NCBI GenBank assembly: GCA_002305675.1
Contig: DBQA01000007.1
Location: forward strand, 302,653 to 366,652
Length of the DNA: 64,000 nt
From: Patescibacteria group bacterium UBA1406
Lineage (GTDB): Bacteria > Patescibacteriota > Microgenomatia > UBA1406
Reading direction: 5' to 3'
Of this stretch, positions 17,302 to 26,801 are shown in pieces (position 1 is the stretch's first letter; each line of letters opens with the position of its first letter). A program made the position numbers and the translations under genes. The notes below the pieces were generated by a model. The model ran no database searches and was not told where the DNA came from. It saw only the letters and a list, made by a program, of their open reading frames with translations.

Positions 17302-17988
17302 ATGTTTGAAAACATTGCAGGACCGGTCACGGCCATATTTGCCCATCCGGACGACGAGTCGTTCGGCCCGGGCGGCACTTTGGCCCTTCTGGCGGATAAG
17401 CACCCGGTAGAGATAATTTGCGCCACCCGCGGCGAACAGGGCCTGAACCATTCTGGCGCCCATCACGACCATATCTCCGCCATCCGCTCTCGGGAGGTTG
17501 GGCAGGCCGCCGAGATCTTGGGCATTCAGAAAGTGCATTTTCTGGATTTTATAGACGGCACGCTTTGCAACAAGCTCTACCATGAGGTGGCCGACAAGGT
17601 GGAGCGGATCCTGAACGCCTCCCGTCCCCAAACCCTGATCACCTACGAACCCTTGGGCGTATCCGGCCATCTCGACCATATCGCCATGTCACTGATTACG
17701 ACCTTCGTGGCCAGGCGCTCCCCCTTTGTCCGCAGAGTACTCTATTTTTGCGTTTCCCGGGAGGAAAGCGGTTTGATAAAAGACTATTTCATCTATTTCC
17801 CGCCCGGCCTGGATAGGGAGAAGGCGGATTTGAGAGTGGATATTGCTCCGACATGGGAACGGAAGGTCAGGGCAATCAAAGCCCATCGGTCGCAAAACAA
17901 GGACGTACGGATGATTCTGGAGAATCTGGAGAAACTCCCCAGGGAAGAGCTTTTTCTTGAACTATCGGTCAATGAACTGGGGCCTTAA
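17302..17988 (+). CDS. PIG-L/LmbE-family deacetylase
   Basis: AHPDDESFGPGGT signature near the N-terminus and a later HxDH (SGHLDH) motif. Confidence 0.8.
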   Translation: MFENIAGPVTAIFAHPDDESFGPGGTLALLADKHPVEIICATRGEQGLNHSGAHHDHISAIRSREVGQAAEILGIQKVHFLDFIDGTLCNKLYHEVADKVERILNASRPQTLITYEPLGVSGHLDHIAMSLITTFVARRSPFVRRVLYFCVSREESGLIKDYFIYFPPGLDREKADLRVDIAPTWERKVRAIKAHRSQNKDVRMILENLEKLPREELFLELSVNELGP

Positions 17989-18027
17989 GATTTTGGCCGG
18001 ATACTGTCTCGATTCAGTTCCGGCCTT

Positions 18028-18513
18028 TTATGGTCCATGCAGGGTCAATCTGCAGATCCCCCAGATACAGTGAATGACGTTGTCAAACACATATACATGG
18101 GTGAAAAGCGCCGCTAAAATGCCGGCGCTCAGGGACATGTAAAACCTGCTTGCTCCGGTCTCACCCCTCACGAACATCAGGCTATAGCTTAGGGCAGCCA
18201 GGCAAAAGGCCGCCAAAGCCATAAGCACCGCTGGCTCGTGGAAAGGGTTATCCGCCAGAGTGGACAGGTTGCGGTAGTTGACCGCGATCCCTTTCTGTAA
18301 AAGTACCCACACATGGTCGAGATCGACCGCTAAACCGACCGCCCCGTAAAAGGCGATCCTACCGGTCAAGCCGGTAAGATCGACCACCGGAGTGGCCCTT
18401 CCCCTGTTTGGCAGGAGGCGGTGTTCCAGTACCTGCGCTCCGATGTCGAACGCAGTGTGCAGCGCCGTGCCCGCGAAGGCAGAGGTCGCTGCATGGACGA
18501 AAGGGTCTGACAT
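18028..18513 (-). CDS. Integral membrane protein, unknown function
   Basis: 161 aa with several hydrophobic helices. GGAGG RBS upstream. Confidence 0.4.
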   Translation of the reverse strand: MSDPFVHAATSAFAGTALHTAFDIGAQVLEHRLLPNRGRATPVVDLTGLTGRIAFYGAVGLAVDLDHVWVLLQKGIAVNYRNLSTLADNPFHEPAVLMALAAFCLAALSYSLMFVRGETGASRFYMSLSAGILAALFTHVYVFDNVIHCIWGICRLTLHGP

Positions 18514-18574
18514 GACCCACCTCCTCTTTTCAGGATGAACGGATATTGTACCAGAATTTGGCGGTCAGAGACGG

Positions 18575-19483
18575 CTAAAGTTCCAGACCGAAATACTGCC
18601 GTACGAAGAAGCCGATCAGGAAGGTGACCAATGCTACCCCCAGGCTCAAGAAGGCCATTTCCAGGAACCGTCTGACAAAACTTGCTCCCTGGGCCACCGA
18701 GATATAAAAGGTGAAGAGAAAGATGATGGCGACCGCTTCCATTAGAGTGAGGGCCAAGGCCAGGAAGACGTTGGTAGTCAGGAAATAGGGAGCGATCAAA
18801 AGAAGCACTACGCCAAGGTAGGCCACGCCCGTATAGACGGCCGCCCGCAAAGGCTGGCGGTCATTCTTTTCCGACCGGGTGGACAGGTATTCGGAGGCGG
18901 CCATGGAAAATGAGGCGGCCACTCCGGTGATGAACCCGGCAACGGAGATGATCTTGGGGTCCCGGAGGGCAAAGGTGAACCCCGCGAGCGCCCCAGTCAG
19001 CTCTACCAGGGCGTCATTCAGCCCTAAGACGATGGAACTGACATACGAAAGGAGTTCCTCGTTGATGAGGTTGAGAATCTGTTTTTCGTGCCTCTCTTCT
19101 TCTTTAATTATGTCGGCCGCTTCCGGGATCTCGGCAGACACTTTCCGGTACAGGTCTTGGGCATTTTCCTCGCCCCGTTCCATCAATTTGACCCCGAAGT
19201 TCAGGCCCAGGCTCCTAGAGAGAAGATAGTAGAACCAGATCTTGGTCCGGGATGGCCCGACTTCCCGGTGGGTATATTTTTTCCAGAATTGGTAATGGTT
19301 AAGCTCTTCTCCGGCGATGTGTTCCAGGACCTTCCTGTTCTCGGGGTGGCGGCTGGCCTGCGCCAGTTTTTTGTACACATAGTGCTCGGTGATCTCGTTC
19401 CTTTGCGCCCTTATCAACAGGTCGAGGGTTGCCTGTCCCAGTCTATGATGTTCCCGCCGCCTTTCCCTTCTTTGCCTTGGCAT
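18575..19483 (-). CDS. VIT1/CCC1-family Fe/Mn transporter with N-terminal ferritin-like domain
   Basis: EITEHYVYKKLA...GEELNHYQFW ferritin-like helices followed by a VIT-type membrane domain (LGLNDALVELTGALAG...). Confidence 0.7.
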   Translation of the reverse strand: MPRQRRERRREHHRLGQATLDLLIRAQRNEITEHYVYKKLAQASRHPENRKVLEHIAGEELNHYQFWKKYTHREVGPSRTKIWFYYLLSRSLGLNFGVKLMERGEENAQDLYRKVSAEIPEAADIIKEEERHEKQILNLINEELLSYVSSIVLGLNDALVELTGALAGFTFALRDPKIISVAGFITGVAASFSMAASEYLSTRSEKNDRQPLRAAVYTGVAYLGVVLLLIAPYFLTTNVFLALALTLMEAVAIIFLFTFYISVAQGASFVRRFLEMAFLSLGVALVTFLIGFFVRQYFGLEL

Positions 19484-19521
19484 ACCTTAATTATAAGCGA
19501 GGGGGAAAATGTTTTCCAGCT

Positions 19522-20418
19522 TTACAGGTGCATCTGGATGTTATAGAGGTGCTCCTCGTAAGTGCGGGCGCCGTGGATCTGGGCGAACTGGTCGTGAATA
19601 TAGAAAAAGTAGTCGGTCTTTTCCGGCCTGAGGACTGCCAGGATGGCTTCCAGGCTCGGGTTGGCGATGGGGTGCGGGGGCAGGCCGTCTATCAGGTAGG
19701 TGTTATAGGGAGACTCCAGGGCGAGGTCGGCCGGATAGACATATGTCCACCAGCCTGTTTCTGCGTTCCCTTTAATGTACTGTGACGTGGCGTCTATCTG
19801 CAATCTCATGCCTATTTCCAGCCGGTTCCACATCACGCCGGCGATGGTGGGCATATCGTGTGGGCCGGCCGCTTCCCTCTGGATCAGGGAGGCCATAATG
19901 ACCGCCTCCGTCCAGTTGATGTTCTTTTCGATGAACTCGTCCGCGTAGGGAGAGATCTTTTCGTAGAAATGTGCGATCATCAGGTCCGCTATTTCCTGGC
20001 CCGAAGCGTTTGCCGGTATATAGTAAGTATCGGGAAAGTAAACCCCCTCGGTGAACTCAGGTTCGGTCTGGGTATACTCTTCATTCCATCTCCTCAGCTC
20101 TTCCCCCTCCCAGCCGAACTCATAGGCCAAGAGTTCGCCGATCTGTTCTTTGCGCATGCCCGGCAGGACCTCAATAACTTTGTATTCCTGGAAAAAAGGC
20201 GGGCGGGTACGGGTATTTTTATTGGCATGGAAATACTCCTTTGAGAGCGGCATTACTGCCTTCGCTTCCCTATCTTTCGATACTTTAATTTGGCTCTCGT
20301 TCGCCTGGTAGGCCGTGGCCAGAGTGACCGTGATAAAAAGGACCACGGACAGCACAAACGACACGAGCAAGTTCGTTTCTCTGCTCATAGATTTGCCCCT
20401 AGTAACAGAAGCGACCAT
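19522..20418 (-). CDS. mltG: Endolytic murein transglycosylase MltG (YceG-like)
   Basis: EGVYFPDTYYIP, ASLIQREA, VMWNRL...MRLQIDAT and SPYNTYLIDGLPPHPIANP motifs. The likely true start is ATG 20388 (MSRETN...), because a TGGTATAAT box overlaps ATG 20418. Confidence 0.85.
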   Translation of the reverse strand: MVASVTRGKSMSRETNLLVSFVLSVVLFITVTLATAYQANESQIKVSKDREAKAVMPLSKEYFHANKNTRTRPPFFQEYKVIEVLPGMRKEQIGELLAYEFGWEGEELRRWNEEYTQTEPEFTEGVYFPDTYYIPANASGQEIADLMIAHFYEKISPYADEFIEKNINWTEAVIMASLIQREAAGPHDMPTIAGVMWNRLEIGMRLQIDATSQYIKGNAETGWWTYVYPADLALESPYNTYLIDGLPPHPIANPSLEAILAVLRPEKTDYFFYIHDQFAQIHGARTYEEHLYNIQMHL

Positions 20419-20506
20419 TATACCAATTCAGAGGGGGCGAACTTAAGGGAGGCTATTTAAGAAAGAGGGCATCCGGTAGGCCCGAACATACGAATACAGG
20501 AATAAG

Positions 20507-20707
20507 CTACTTGACAGGGGGTTTAGCGTTGGTTTTCCGTCGGTTGGCGATGTTCTTATTTATCCTGTCCTGGGTCATTTGCTTCTCTTTCTCATATTTT
20601 TTTCTCCTTTGAGACATCTTTTCGTCGGATTCCTTCTGGCATACTTCATTGGAACAGATATAGGTGGAGGTGGTCACTTCCCCATATTGGTCTTCCACCT
20701 TTTCCAA
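20507..20707 (-). CDS. Small zinc-ribbon-like protein (start uncertain)
   Basis: Contains C-x3-C (CSNEVC). A partner CHRC lies in frame upstream of the called TTG start; the frame is open to 20797. Lys/Arg-rich tail. Confidence 0.35.
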   Translation of the reverse strand: MEKVEDQYGEVTTSTYICSNEVCQKESDEKMSQRRKKYEKEKQMTQDRINKNIANRRKTNAKPPVK

Positions 20708-20874
20708 TACGGTCCCAACGAGGATCAGCCTGCTGCCGCACCGATGGCATTCGCGCGAGGTTAGTTGAGGATACTTTGCATTATTCAGATAAGAGAATTA
20801 TACCATACCGGCCCAGAAGCCAAAGAAGGGTGTGCTATCTGGCCATGGATGTAGTATAATATGTTTATTACATA

Positions 20875-20900
20875 ACACGCGTCATTATGCGTGTTTTTTT
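20875..20900 (+). terminator. Terminator-like hairpin in the typA leader (possible attenuator)
   Basis: ACACGC-gtcattat-GCGTGT followed by TTTTTTGTTTT. It ends 8 nt before typA ATG 20909 and lies downstream of TATAAT at 20855-20860. Confidence 0.45.
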
Positions 20901-20908
20901 GTTTTATT

Positions 20909-22738
20909 ATGCAAATAAGGAACGTCGCGATCATTGCTCACGTGGACCACGGCAAGACCACTTTGGTAGATGCCATGTTGAAACAAACCCATACCTTCAG
21001 GGACAACCAGAAAGAGATGGACGAGTCTCTTATCATGGACTCCAGCACTTTAGAAAAAGAAAAAGGAATCACTATCCTTTCTAAAAACACGGCCGTATTC
21101 TATAAGGGGACAAAAATAAATATCATAGATACGCCCGGCCACGCCGATTTTGGAGGTGAAGTGGAACGGGTCATCAATATGGCGAGTGCGGCTATTTTGT
21201 TGGTGGATGCCTCCGAAGGCCCTCTTCCCCAAACGAGGTTCGTCTTGAAGAAAGCTCTGGAAACAGGCCTCAAAACTATTCTGGTTATTAATAAGATCGA
21301 CAAGAGGGATGCCAGACCGACGGAGATAATCCGAGAAGTAGAGAGCCTTTTTTTGGACCTGGCAGCGAACGAACGCTCTTTGGAGTTTGTGACGCTTTTT
21401 GCGGTCGGGCGGGACGGAAAGGTCTTCAATAGCCTGCCGGACCATTATGAAAAGGACGGTGCGGGCAGCCTGGTTCCTCTTTTCGAGACGATCCTGCGGG
21501 AAGTACCGGATGCAGCGACTGAAGAGGAAGGTCCTTTCCAGATGCTTATTTCCACCATGGATTTCGATAACCATGTCGGCAGACTCTGTATAGGGAAAGT
21601 CAGACGGGGGCTGCTTGGAAGGAACGGGCAGATCGCCTTAGTCGACGAAGGGAAGGTACTTGGGATTTTTAAAGCCCAGAAACTGTATACCTTCGAGGGT
21701 CTGAAGAAAAAAGAGGTGGATATGGTAACGGCGGGAGATATAGTGGCTATTGCCGGAATTCCGGAACTCACCATCGGACAGACGGTCACGGATGCGGCCC
21801 ATCCGTCCAGTTTGCCCAAGATACAGATCGAGGAACCAACCATAAAAATAACCATCAGTCCCAATACCAGTCCTTTTGCCGGAAGAGAGGGGGACCTGGG
21901 AAGCTCCAGGCAGATAAAAGAACGCCTGCTTAAAGAGAAGGAGACCAATCTTGGACTGGCGATAGACCAGGGTGGCGAGGGAGCGAGTTTTGTAGTGTCT
22001 GGGAGGGGCGAACTGCACTTGGCTATCTTAATTGAAACTATGCGCCGGGAAGGATTTGAGCTGGAGGTGCTTAAACCGCAGGTGATCTATAAAACCATCG
22101 ACGGAGTTGTGCATGAACCCTATGAGGAGGTGACCATCCATGTGGATAAAGCTTTTGTCGGCCCTGTCACGGAAGAGTTCGGCAAAAGAAAGGGAGAGTT
22201 TATCGATATGGTGACGGAAAAAGAGGGGTCGGTGGCTAAAATCGTCTATCGTATATCAAGCAAGAACTTATTAGGCATCAGGAGCGTGCTGCTGACTAAG
22301 ACGAGCGGCACGGCCGTTATCAACACTTATTTTCTGGGATATTTTCCGAAAGAGACAAAAATAGCTTCCATAAGAAACGGCTCTTTGGTAGCCGTCAAAC
22401 CGGGTATGGCCATGTCCTATGGTCTGGTCAATGCCCAACAGCGGGGAACCCTGTTTGTCGGTCCCAAGACGGAGATATATGAAGGAATGGTGGTTGGCGT
22501 TGCCAAAGAGAACTTTGATATCGAGGTCAATGTGTGCAAAGAGAAGAAACTGACCAACAACCGCTCCGTCGGTGAGGGTGTGTCCATATCCGTCACTCCT
22601 CCCACAATTTTAAGTTTGGAGCAGGCTTTGGACTTTATCGGTGATGATGAGGCTCTGGAGGTTACTCCCCGCTCCATTCGCATCCGCAAAAAAATACTTT
22701 CCCAAGTACAAAGGCGGGTAGCCAGAAGAATTAATTGA
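20909..22738 (+). CDS. typA: Translational GTPase TypA/BipA
   Basis: IRNVAIIAHVDHGKTTLVD (G1), DTPGHADF (G3), NKID (G4). Length and C-terminal domain layout are typical of BipA. Confidence 0.9.
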   Translation: MQIRNVAIIAHVDHGKTTLVDAMLKQTHTFRDNQKEMDESLIMDSSTLEKEKGITILSKNTAVFYKGTKINIIDTPGHADFGGEVERVINMASAAILLVDASEGPLPQTRFVLKKALETGLKTILVINKIDKRDARPTEIIREVESLFLDLAANERSLEFVTLFAVGRDGKVFNSLPDHYEKDGAGSLVPLFETILREVPDAATEEEGPFQMLISTMDFDNHVGRLCIGKVRRGLLGRNGQIALVDEGKVLGIFKAQKLYTFEGLKKKEVDMVTAGDIVAIAGIPELTIGQTVTDAAHPSSLPKIQIEEPTIKITISPNTSPFAGREGDLGSSRQIKERLLKEKETNLGLAIDQGGEGASFVVSGRGELHLAILIETMRREGFELEVLKPQVIYKTIDGVVHEPYEEVTIHVDKAFVGPVTEEFGKRKGEFIDMVTEKEGSVAKIVYRISSKNLLGIRSVLLTKTSGTAVINTYFLGYFPKETKIASIRNGSLVAVKPGMAMSYGLVNAQQRGTLFVGPKTEIYEGMVVGVAKENFDIEVNVCKEKKLTNNRSVGEGVSISVTPPTILSLEQALDFIGDDEALEVTPRSIRIRKKILSQVQRRVARRIN

Positions 22739-22982
22739 ACAGGGTTTTGTAAGTGTTTAGGATCAGTTTGTAGAGCCGGTGTTTTCCGTAAGGCAGGAGT
22801 TTCCAGGAGAATTCGGCCATTTTTTTCTGACGGACCAGGGCGAAGATGATGTAATTCTTCTTCTCTTTACCGAATTCTTCCGCCTTGTGGATATCGTCAA
22901 ACATTTTGGAATAGATGCTGTCGATGTCTTTTTCCACCCAGACAACCTTGATAGTCCCCTTTTCGTAGTCCGCTTTTGCCAT
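22731..22982 (-). CDS. Hypothetical small protein
   Basis: Start set at MAKADYEKG (ATG 22982), which has a TAAAAT box 8 nt upstream. No recognisable motif. Confidence 0.3.
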   Translation of the reverse strand: MAKADYEKGTIKVVWVEKDIDSIYSKMFDDIHKAEEFGKEKKNYIIFALVRQKKMAEFSWKLLPYGKHRLYKLILNTYKTLFN

Positions 22983-23026
22983 CGTCCACCATTTTAACAA
23001 ATCGGCTTGATTCTGGCCGGCAGTAT

Positions 23027-23986
23027 ATGAATAATAGTACTATGCTCATCTTTACCCAAGTCTTTCTTTATTTCCTGGCTTTTTTCGTGCTGTGGTTCGG
23101 GGCCGGGCTTATCATCTCGGCAGTCGACAAGATATCCCGGTCCATCAAAGTGTCCCGGTTTGCCCTGTCGTTTTTTCTCTTGGGTTTCCTGACCTCGGTA
23201 CCGGAGATGGGAGTGAGTATCAATTCTATTCTGGAAAAGAACCCCCAGATATTTGTGGGAAATCTTTTGGGTGGCATAGTGGTCATTTTCCTCCTGATCA
23301 TCCCTATTCTGGCAATCTTCGGCAACGGTATAAACCTCAATCACAAACTGGACCACAAGGGTTTGTTTTCCGCCCTCGTGATCTGTGCCACTCCTTCATT
23401 CCTGATGGCGGACAGAAGAGTGGGGCCGTTTGAGGCGGCCTTGATGATCCTTCTTTACTTTGTGTCCTTCTATATCATTCAGCGGAAACAGAACCTGATG
23501 GAGAGCATCGAGTCGTCCGTGCTGCATCCGAAAAAACGCAACCTGCTTTTGGGCCTGCAGATAATCGCCGGACTGGTGATCGTTTTTTTCGTCAGTGACT
23601 ATATAGTCCGGCAGACGCTCGTCTTTTCCGGACTATTAAGGATCTCGCCTTTTGTGATCAGCGTGGTGGTGCTCTCAATCGGGACCAATCTGCCCGAGCT
23701 ACTGTTGGCCATCAGGGGGATATATACGGGGAAAAAAGACATTGCTTTCGGAGATTACATCGGTTCGGGCAGTATGAACACCCTGCTTTTCGGTATTCTG
23801 GTGTTTTTGAACGGCGGTACTGTCACCATCCCCAACCATTTCCTGCAGCGTTTCGTTTTCACCTTCATCGGCCTGACGCTCTTCTATTTTTTTGCCCGCT
23901 CCCGGAATCATCTTTCCCGTCGGGAAGGTACCATCCTACTCATGATTTACGCCAGTTTTCTGGTGGTGGAGTTTATCATAATCTGA
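23027..23986 (+). CDS. Ca2+/cation antiporter (CaCA / YrbG-like) membrane protein
   Basis: Two alpha-repeat regions (GFLTSVPEMGVSI...GNLLGG and GTNLPELLLAI...GSGSMNTLL). Confidence 0.65.
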   Translation: MNNSTMLIFTQVFLYFLAFFVLWFGAGLIISAVDKISRSIKVSRFALSFFLLGFLTSVPEMGVSINSILEKNPQIFVGNLLGGIVVIFLLIIPILAIFGNGINLNHKLDHKGLFSALVICATPSFLMADRRVGPFEAALMILLYFVSFYIIQRKQNLMESIESSVLHPKKRNLLLGLQIIAGLVIVFFVSDYIVRQTLVFSGLLRISPFVISVVVLSIGTNLPELLLAIRGIYTGKKDIAFGDYIGSGSMNTLLFGILVFLNGGTVTIPNHFLQRFVFTFIGLTLFYFFARSRNHLSRREGTILLMIYASFLVVEFIII

Positions 23987-23990
23987 GGGC

Positions 23991-24461
23991 TTATCTTAAA
24001 ACCGGCAACGGAATCTTTTTCTCAAGACAGTTCTTATATAATCGGATGTTCTCGTAATGGTCGAAGGCGATTTCGCTCTCGGGAGGCACTTTGTCAAGAG
24101 GGAACCATTTTTGCTCCTTCACTTCCCAGTCGGATTCCCCGGTCTTTTCGAGCGCCCGGCAAACAAAGACGAAGCTGATATTCTGGCGGTCTTCGTGGCG
24201 GCGGTCCGGGTTGTCGCGAACGGTCAACAGGGTGATATCAGTCACTTTGTAACCGGTCTCTTCCATAACTTCCCTGGCGACGGCCTCTTTAAGCGTTTCG
24301 TCCCGGTCCACGAACCCTCCTACCAGGCCCCATTTGTCCCCTTCCAGTAATTTGGTGGCTCTCTTGCCAAGCAGGATCTGCCCGTCCTGTAAGACAAGCG
24401 TATCAACGGTCACATGCCTTAAAAAGGCCTTGTTCCCGTCTTCGAACTTGCACGTTATCAT
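23991..24461 (-). CDS. NUDIX hydrolase
   Basis: Nudix box GGFVDRDETLKEAVAREVMEETG. Confidence 0.8.
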   Translation of the reverse strand: MITCKFEDGNKAFLRHVTVDTLVLQDGQILLGKRATKLLEGDKWGLVGGFVDRDETLKEAVAREVMEETGYKVTDITLLTVRDNPDRRHEDRQNISFVFVCRALEKTGESDWEVKEQKWFPLDKVPPESEIAFDHYENIRLYKNCLEKKIPLPVLR

Positions 24462-24483
24462 GAGCCAAATATACCATATTCTC

Positions 24484-24777
24484 TTAATAAGGCCGTCTGT
24501 TGTTTCTTCCGAATGAATCCTTGCGTTCCACTCTGGGCTTGGCCACGTTCACGACAATGTTGCGTTCTTCGACTTTTTTGCCGTCCATTCCGAGGGCCTT
24601 TTTAGCATCGGCTTCGTTCTTGAAAGTGACGAAACCAAAGCCCTTAGACCGGCCGGTATCTCTGTCGGTTATAACCACGGCTTCCGTGATCTCCCCGAAT
24701 TCAGCAAACAGCTCCTTGAGCGCCTCATTGGTGATTGACCAAGGAAGGCCTCCGACGAATAGTTTGTTGTTGTCCAT
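24484..24777 (-). CDS. RRM-type RNA-binding protein (second paralog)
   Basis: RNP-2 LFVGGL and RNP-1 KGFGFVTF. Clearly homologous to 13595..13891 when aligned by eye. Confidence 0.85.
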   Translation of the reverse strand: MDNNKLFVGGLPWSITNEALKELFAEFGEITEAVVITDRDTGRSKGFGFVTFKNEADAKKALGMDGKKVEERNIVVNVAKPRVERKDSFGRNNRRPY

Positions 24778-24947
24778 TTGTATCAGCTCCTCCCTATTGG
24801 AGTAAGTGTTATCTAGTGAAGGATAGTAAACTCTTGTCTACAGAAGTATTAAAGAATTCTCCTTAACCTGACTTATTATAGCATTTACATGCCTCTTACT
24901 CAACTTAAACCCGATGCTTATAGATTATTAATAATATTCAGAATTTT

Positions 24948-25751
24948 ATGGATAGCAATTCAAAGATATCACTGCATACTGGAAATAAGATACCTGTCCT
25001 GGGGTTGGGCACATGGCAGCTGACGGACAAGACGGCGGAGACCGTCTTGCGTGCCCTGGAGCTCGGATATCGGCAGATCGATACCTCAAGCGATTACGGC
25101 ACCCAACCGGGCATTGGGGAGGCGCTGAAAAAAACCCAACAGGACAGGAAAAAAATCTATGTGGTCACAAAAGTGGAAGAGGATGATGACGCTTTTGATC
25201 GGACAAAGAGCAATCTTCACGAGCTCGGGCTGGAGTATGTTGACCTGATGCTTATCCATCGTCCTCCGGCCATTGGGGCGGGTGAGGAGCTGTGGGAAGG
25301 ACTGATGAGGGCCAAGCAGGAGGGACTGGTCCGTGATATCGGGGTCAGCAACTACTCGGCCATGCTCATCCAACAGCTGATAGACGCCGGAGGCGAGGTG
25401 CCCGCCGTCAACCAGATCGAATGGAGCCCTTTCGGCCATAGCGAGGAAATGAGGCAGTATTGCGATGAGAAAAAAATAGTTATCCAGGCATATAGTCCGC
25501 TGACCCGGGGAAAATGTCTGGAAGAGCCGATCCTGAAAAATGTGGCCGGAAATTACGTCCGGTCGCCGGCGCAGATATTGATCCGCTGGAATCTCCAACG
25601 GGGTACGGTACCCATCCCCAAGGCGAACCAGAACGAGCACTTGGAAGAAAATATCAATGTGTTCGACTTTGAGATAAGTGATGACGATATGGAACTCCTG
25701 AACGGCCTTAATGAGGAGTATTCTTCCCTGGGCTCCCTGCCCTACGTCTGA
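24948..25751 (+). CDS. Aldo/keto reductase
   Basis: GLGTWQ, YRQIDT, LIHRP and IPKA(N) motifs are typical of the AKR family (2,5-diketo-D-gluconate reductase-like). Confidence 0.8.
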   Translation: MDSNSKISLHTGNKIPVLGLGTWQLTDKTAETVLRALELGYRQIDTSSDYGTQPGIGEALKKTQQDRKKIYVVTKVEEDDDAFDRTKSNLHELGLEYVDLMLIHRPPAIGAGEELWEGLMRAKQEGLVRDIGVSNYSAMLIQQLIDAGGEVPAVNQIEWSPFGHSEEMRQYCDEKKIVIQAYSPLTRGKCLEEPILKNVAGNYVRSPAQILIRWNLQRGTVPIPKANQNEHLEENINVFDFEISDDDMELLNGLNEEYSSLGSLPYV

Positions 25752-25778
25752 TTGTTTAACGATGCGTGGACATCATCC

Positions 25779-26252
25779 TTATTGATGTTCGTATTTTTCA
25801 GTGAACTGTGCGGCCCATTTCTTTGCCCTCCCGAGCTCTCCATCCCGGAGCGGTCCCTCTTTGTCGGTCACGATAAAGCCCTCTCCCGGGGCCAGGATCA
25901 CCGCCCCTTTTTCCCTTAAAGCCCGCTCCATTTTGGGGGCGGCAAAGTCGATTATTTTCATCAGCATTCTCAGCCCGAGCCCGTGTTCGCCGACGGCGAA
26001 CCTGGTATCAAAGACGGCGACCTTAACACCCGCGAGCCCTTCATCGGGAATCTCCTGGATAAACCTTTGCATGGCCGGACTGGCCTGGCCTCCCTGGGTC
26101 GGGGAACCGATGATCAGAAGGTCCAGTTCTTTAAGTTCTGAGGGCCGGATTCTATTGATGGGAACGGCTTTGGTCTCCAGGGCGTGCGCCACTGTCACCG
26201 CCACCTTTTCCGTGTTGCCGAACATGGAGTCGTAAACGACCAGGGATACCAT
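25779..26252 (-). CDS. Flavodoxin-like protein
   Basis: VVYDSMFGNTEKVA FMN-binding loop. About 157 aa. Confidence 0.7.
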   Translation of the reverse strand: MVSLVVYDSMFGNTEKVAVTVAHALETKAVPINRIRPSELKELDLLIIGSPTQGGQASPAMQRFIQEIPDEGLAGVKVAVFDTRFAVGEHGLGLRMLMKIIDFAAPKMERALREKGAVILAPGEGFIVTDKEGPLRDGELGRAKKWAAQFTEKYEHQ

Positions 26253-26282
26253 AAATGCATTCTACCAAGAATTGTTGATCGG

Positions 26283-26747
26283 TTACTCAACGATTAGCGT
26301 GCCTACCTGTCCCCTGGCCCGATGGTCCCCAACAGAACAGTAGTATTCAAACTCACCTTTCCGGCTGGCGGTGAATTCAACGGCAGACGTCTGCCCGGCG
26401 GCAGTGACCGGGGTGCGGACATTCAGTTCGTCTATGTTGAAGTCATGAGCCATGTCCACGACATTGACGGTGATCCTGACCTTGTCTCCCTGGTTGACCC
26501 TGATCTCGTTCGGGGTATAGAAGTAGGAGCCGGCATCGATACTGAATTCTTTTACATTGGCCTGTTCCCCGGTATTTGCCGGGTTGCCCGTGGGGGTTGG
26601 CTCTGCCTGGGTGGGTTGGTTCTGGGTTCCCGTATTCGGATTGGTGTTCCTGCCCGAGGCGAACATCAGATATAGCCCGATGCCGATAATGACGACAATA
26701 ATCACGACGGCCGGGGGAACGGGCTGCTTGTTTGTATTGTTATTCAT
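26283..26747 (-). CDS. Membrane-anchored cupredoxin-like protein
   Basis: N-terminal TM helix, then a beta-rich domain with H (MAHDF) and C-x4-H (YYCSVGDH), resembling type-1 copper ligands. Confidence 0.5.
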   Translation of the reverse strand: MNNNTNKQPVPPAVVIIVVIIGIGLYLMFASGRNTNPNTGTQNQPTQAEPTPTGNPANTGEQANVKEFSIDAGSYFYTPNEIRVNQGDKVRITVNVVDMAHDFNIDELNVRTPVTAAGQTSAVEFTASRKGEFEYYCSVGDHRARGQVGTLIVE

Positions 26748-26801
26748 AATGTAGCCCAGTATACAAAAAGATTACTTGATGTCAATAGACAGATAGATAC
26801 C

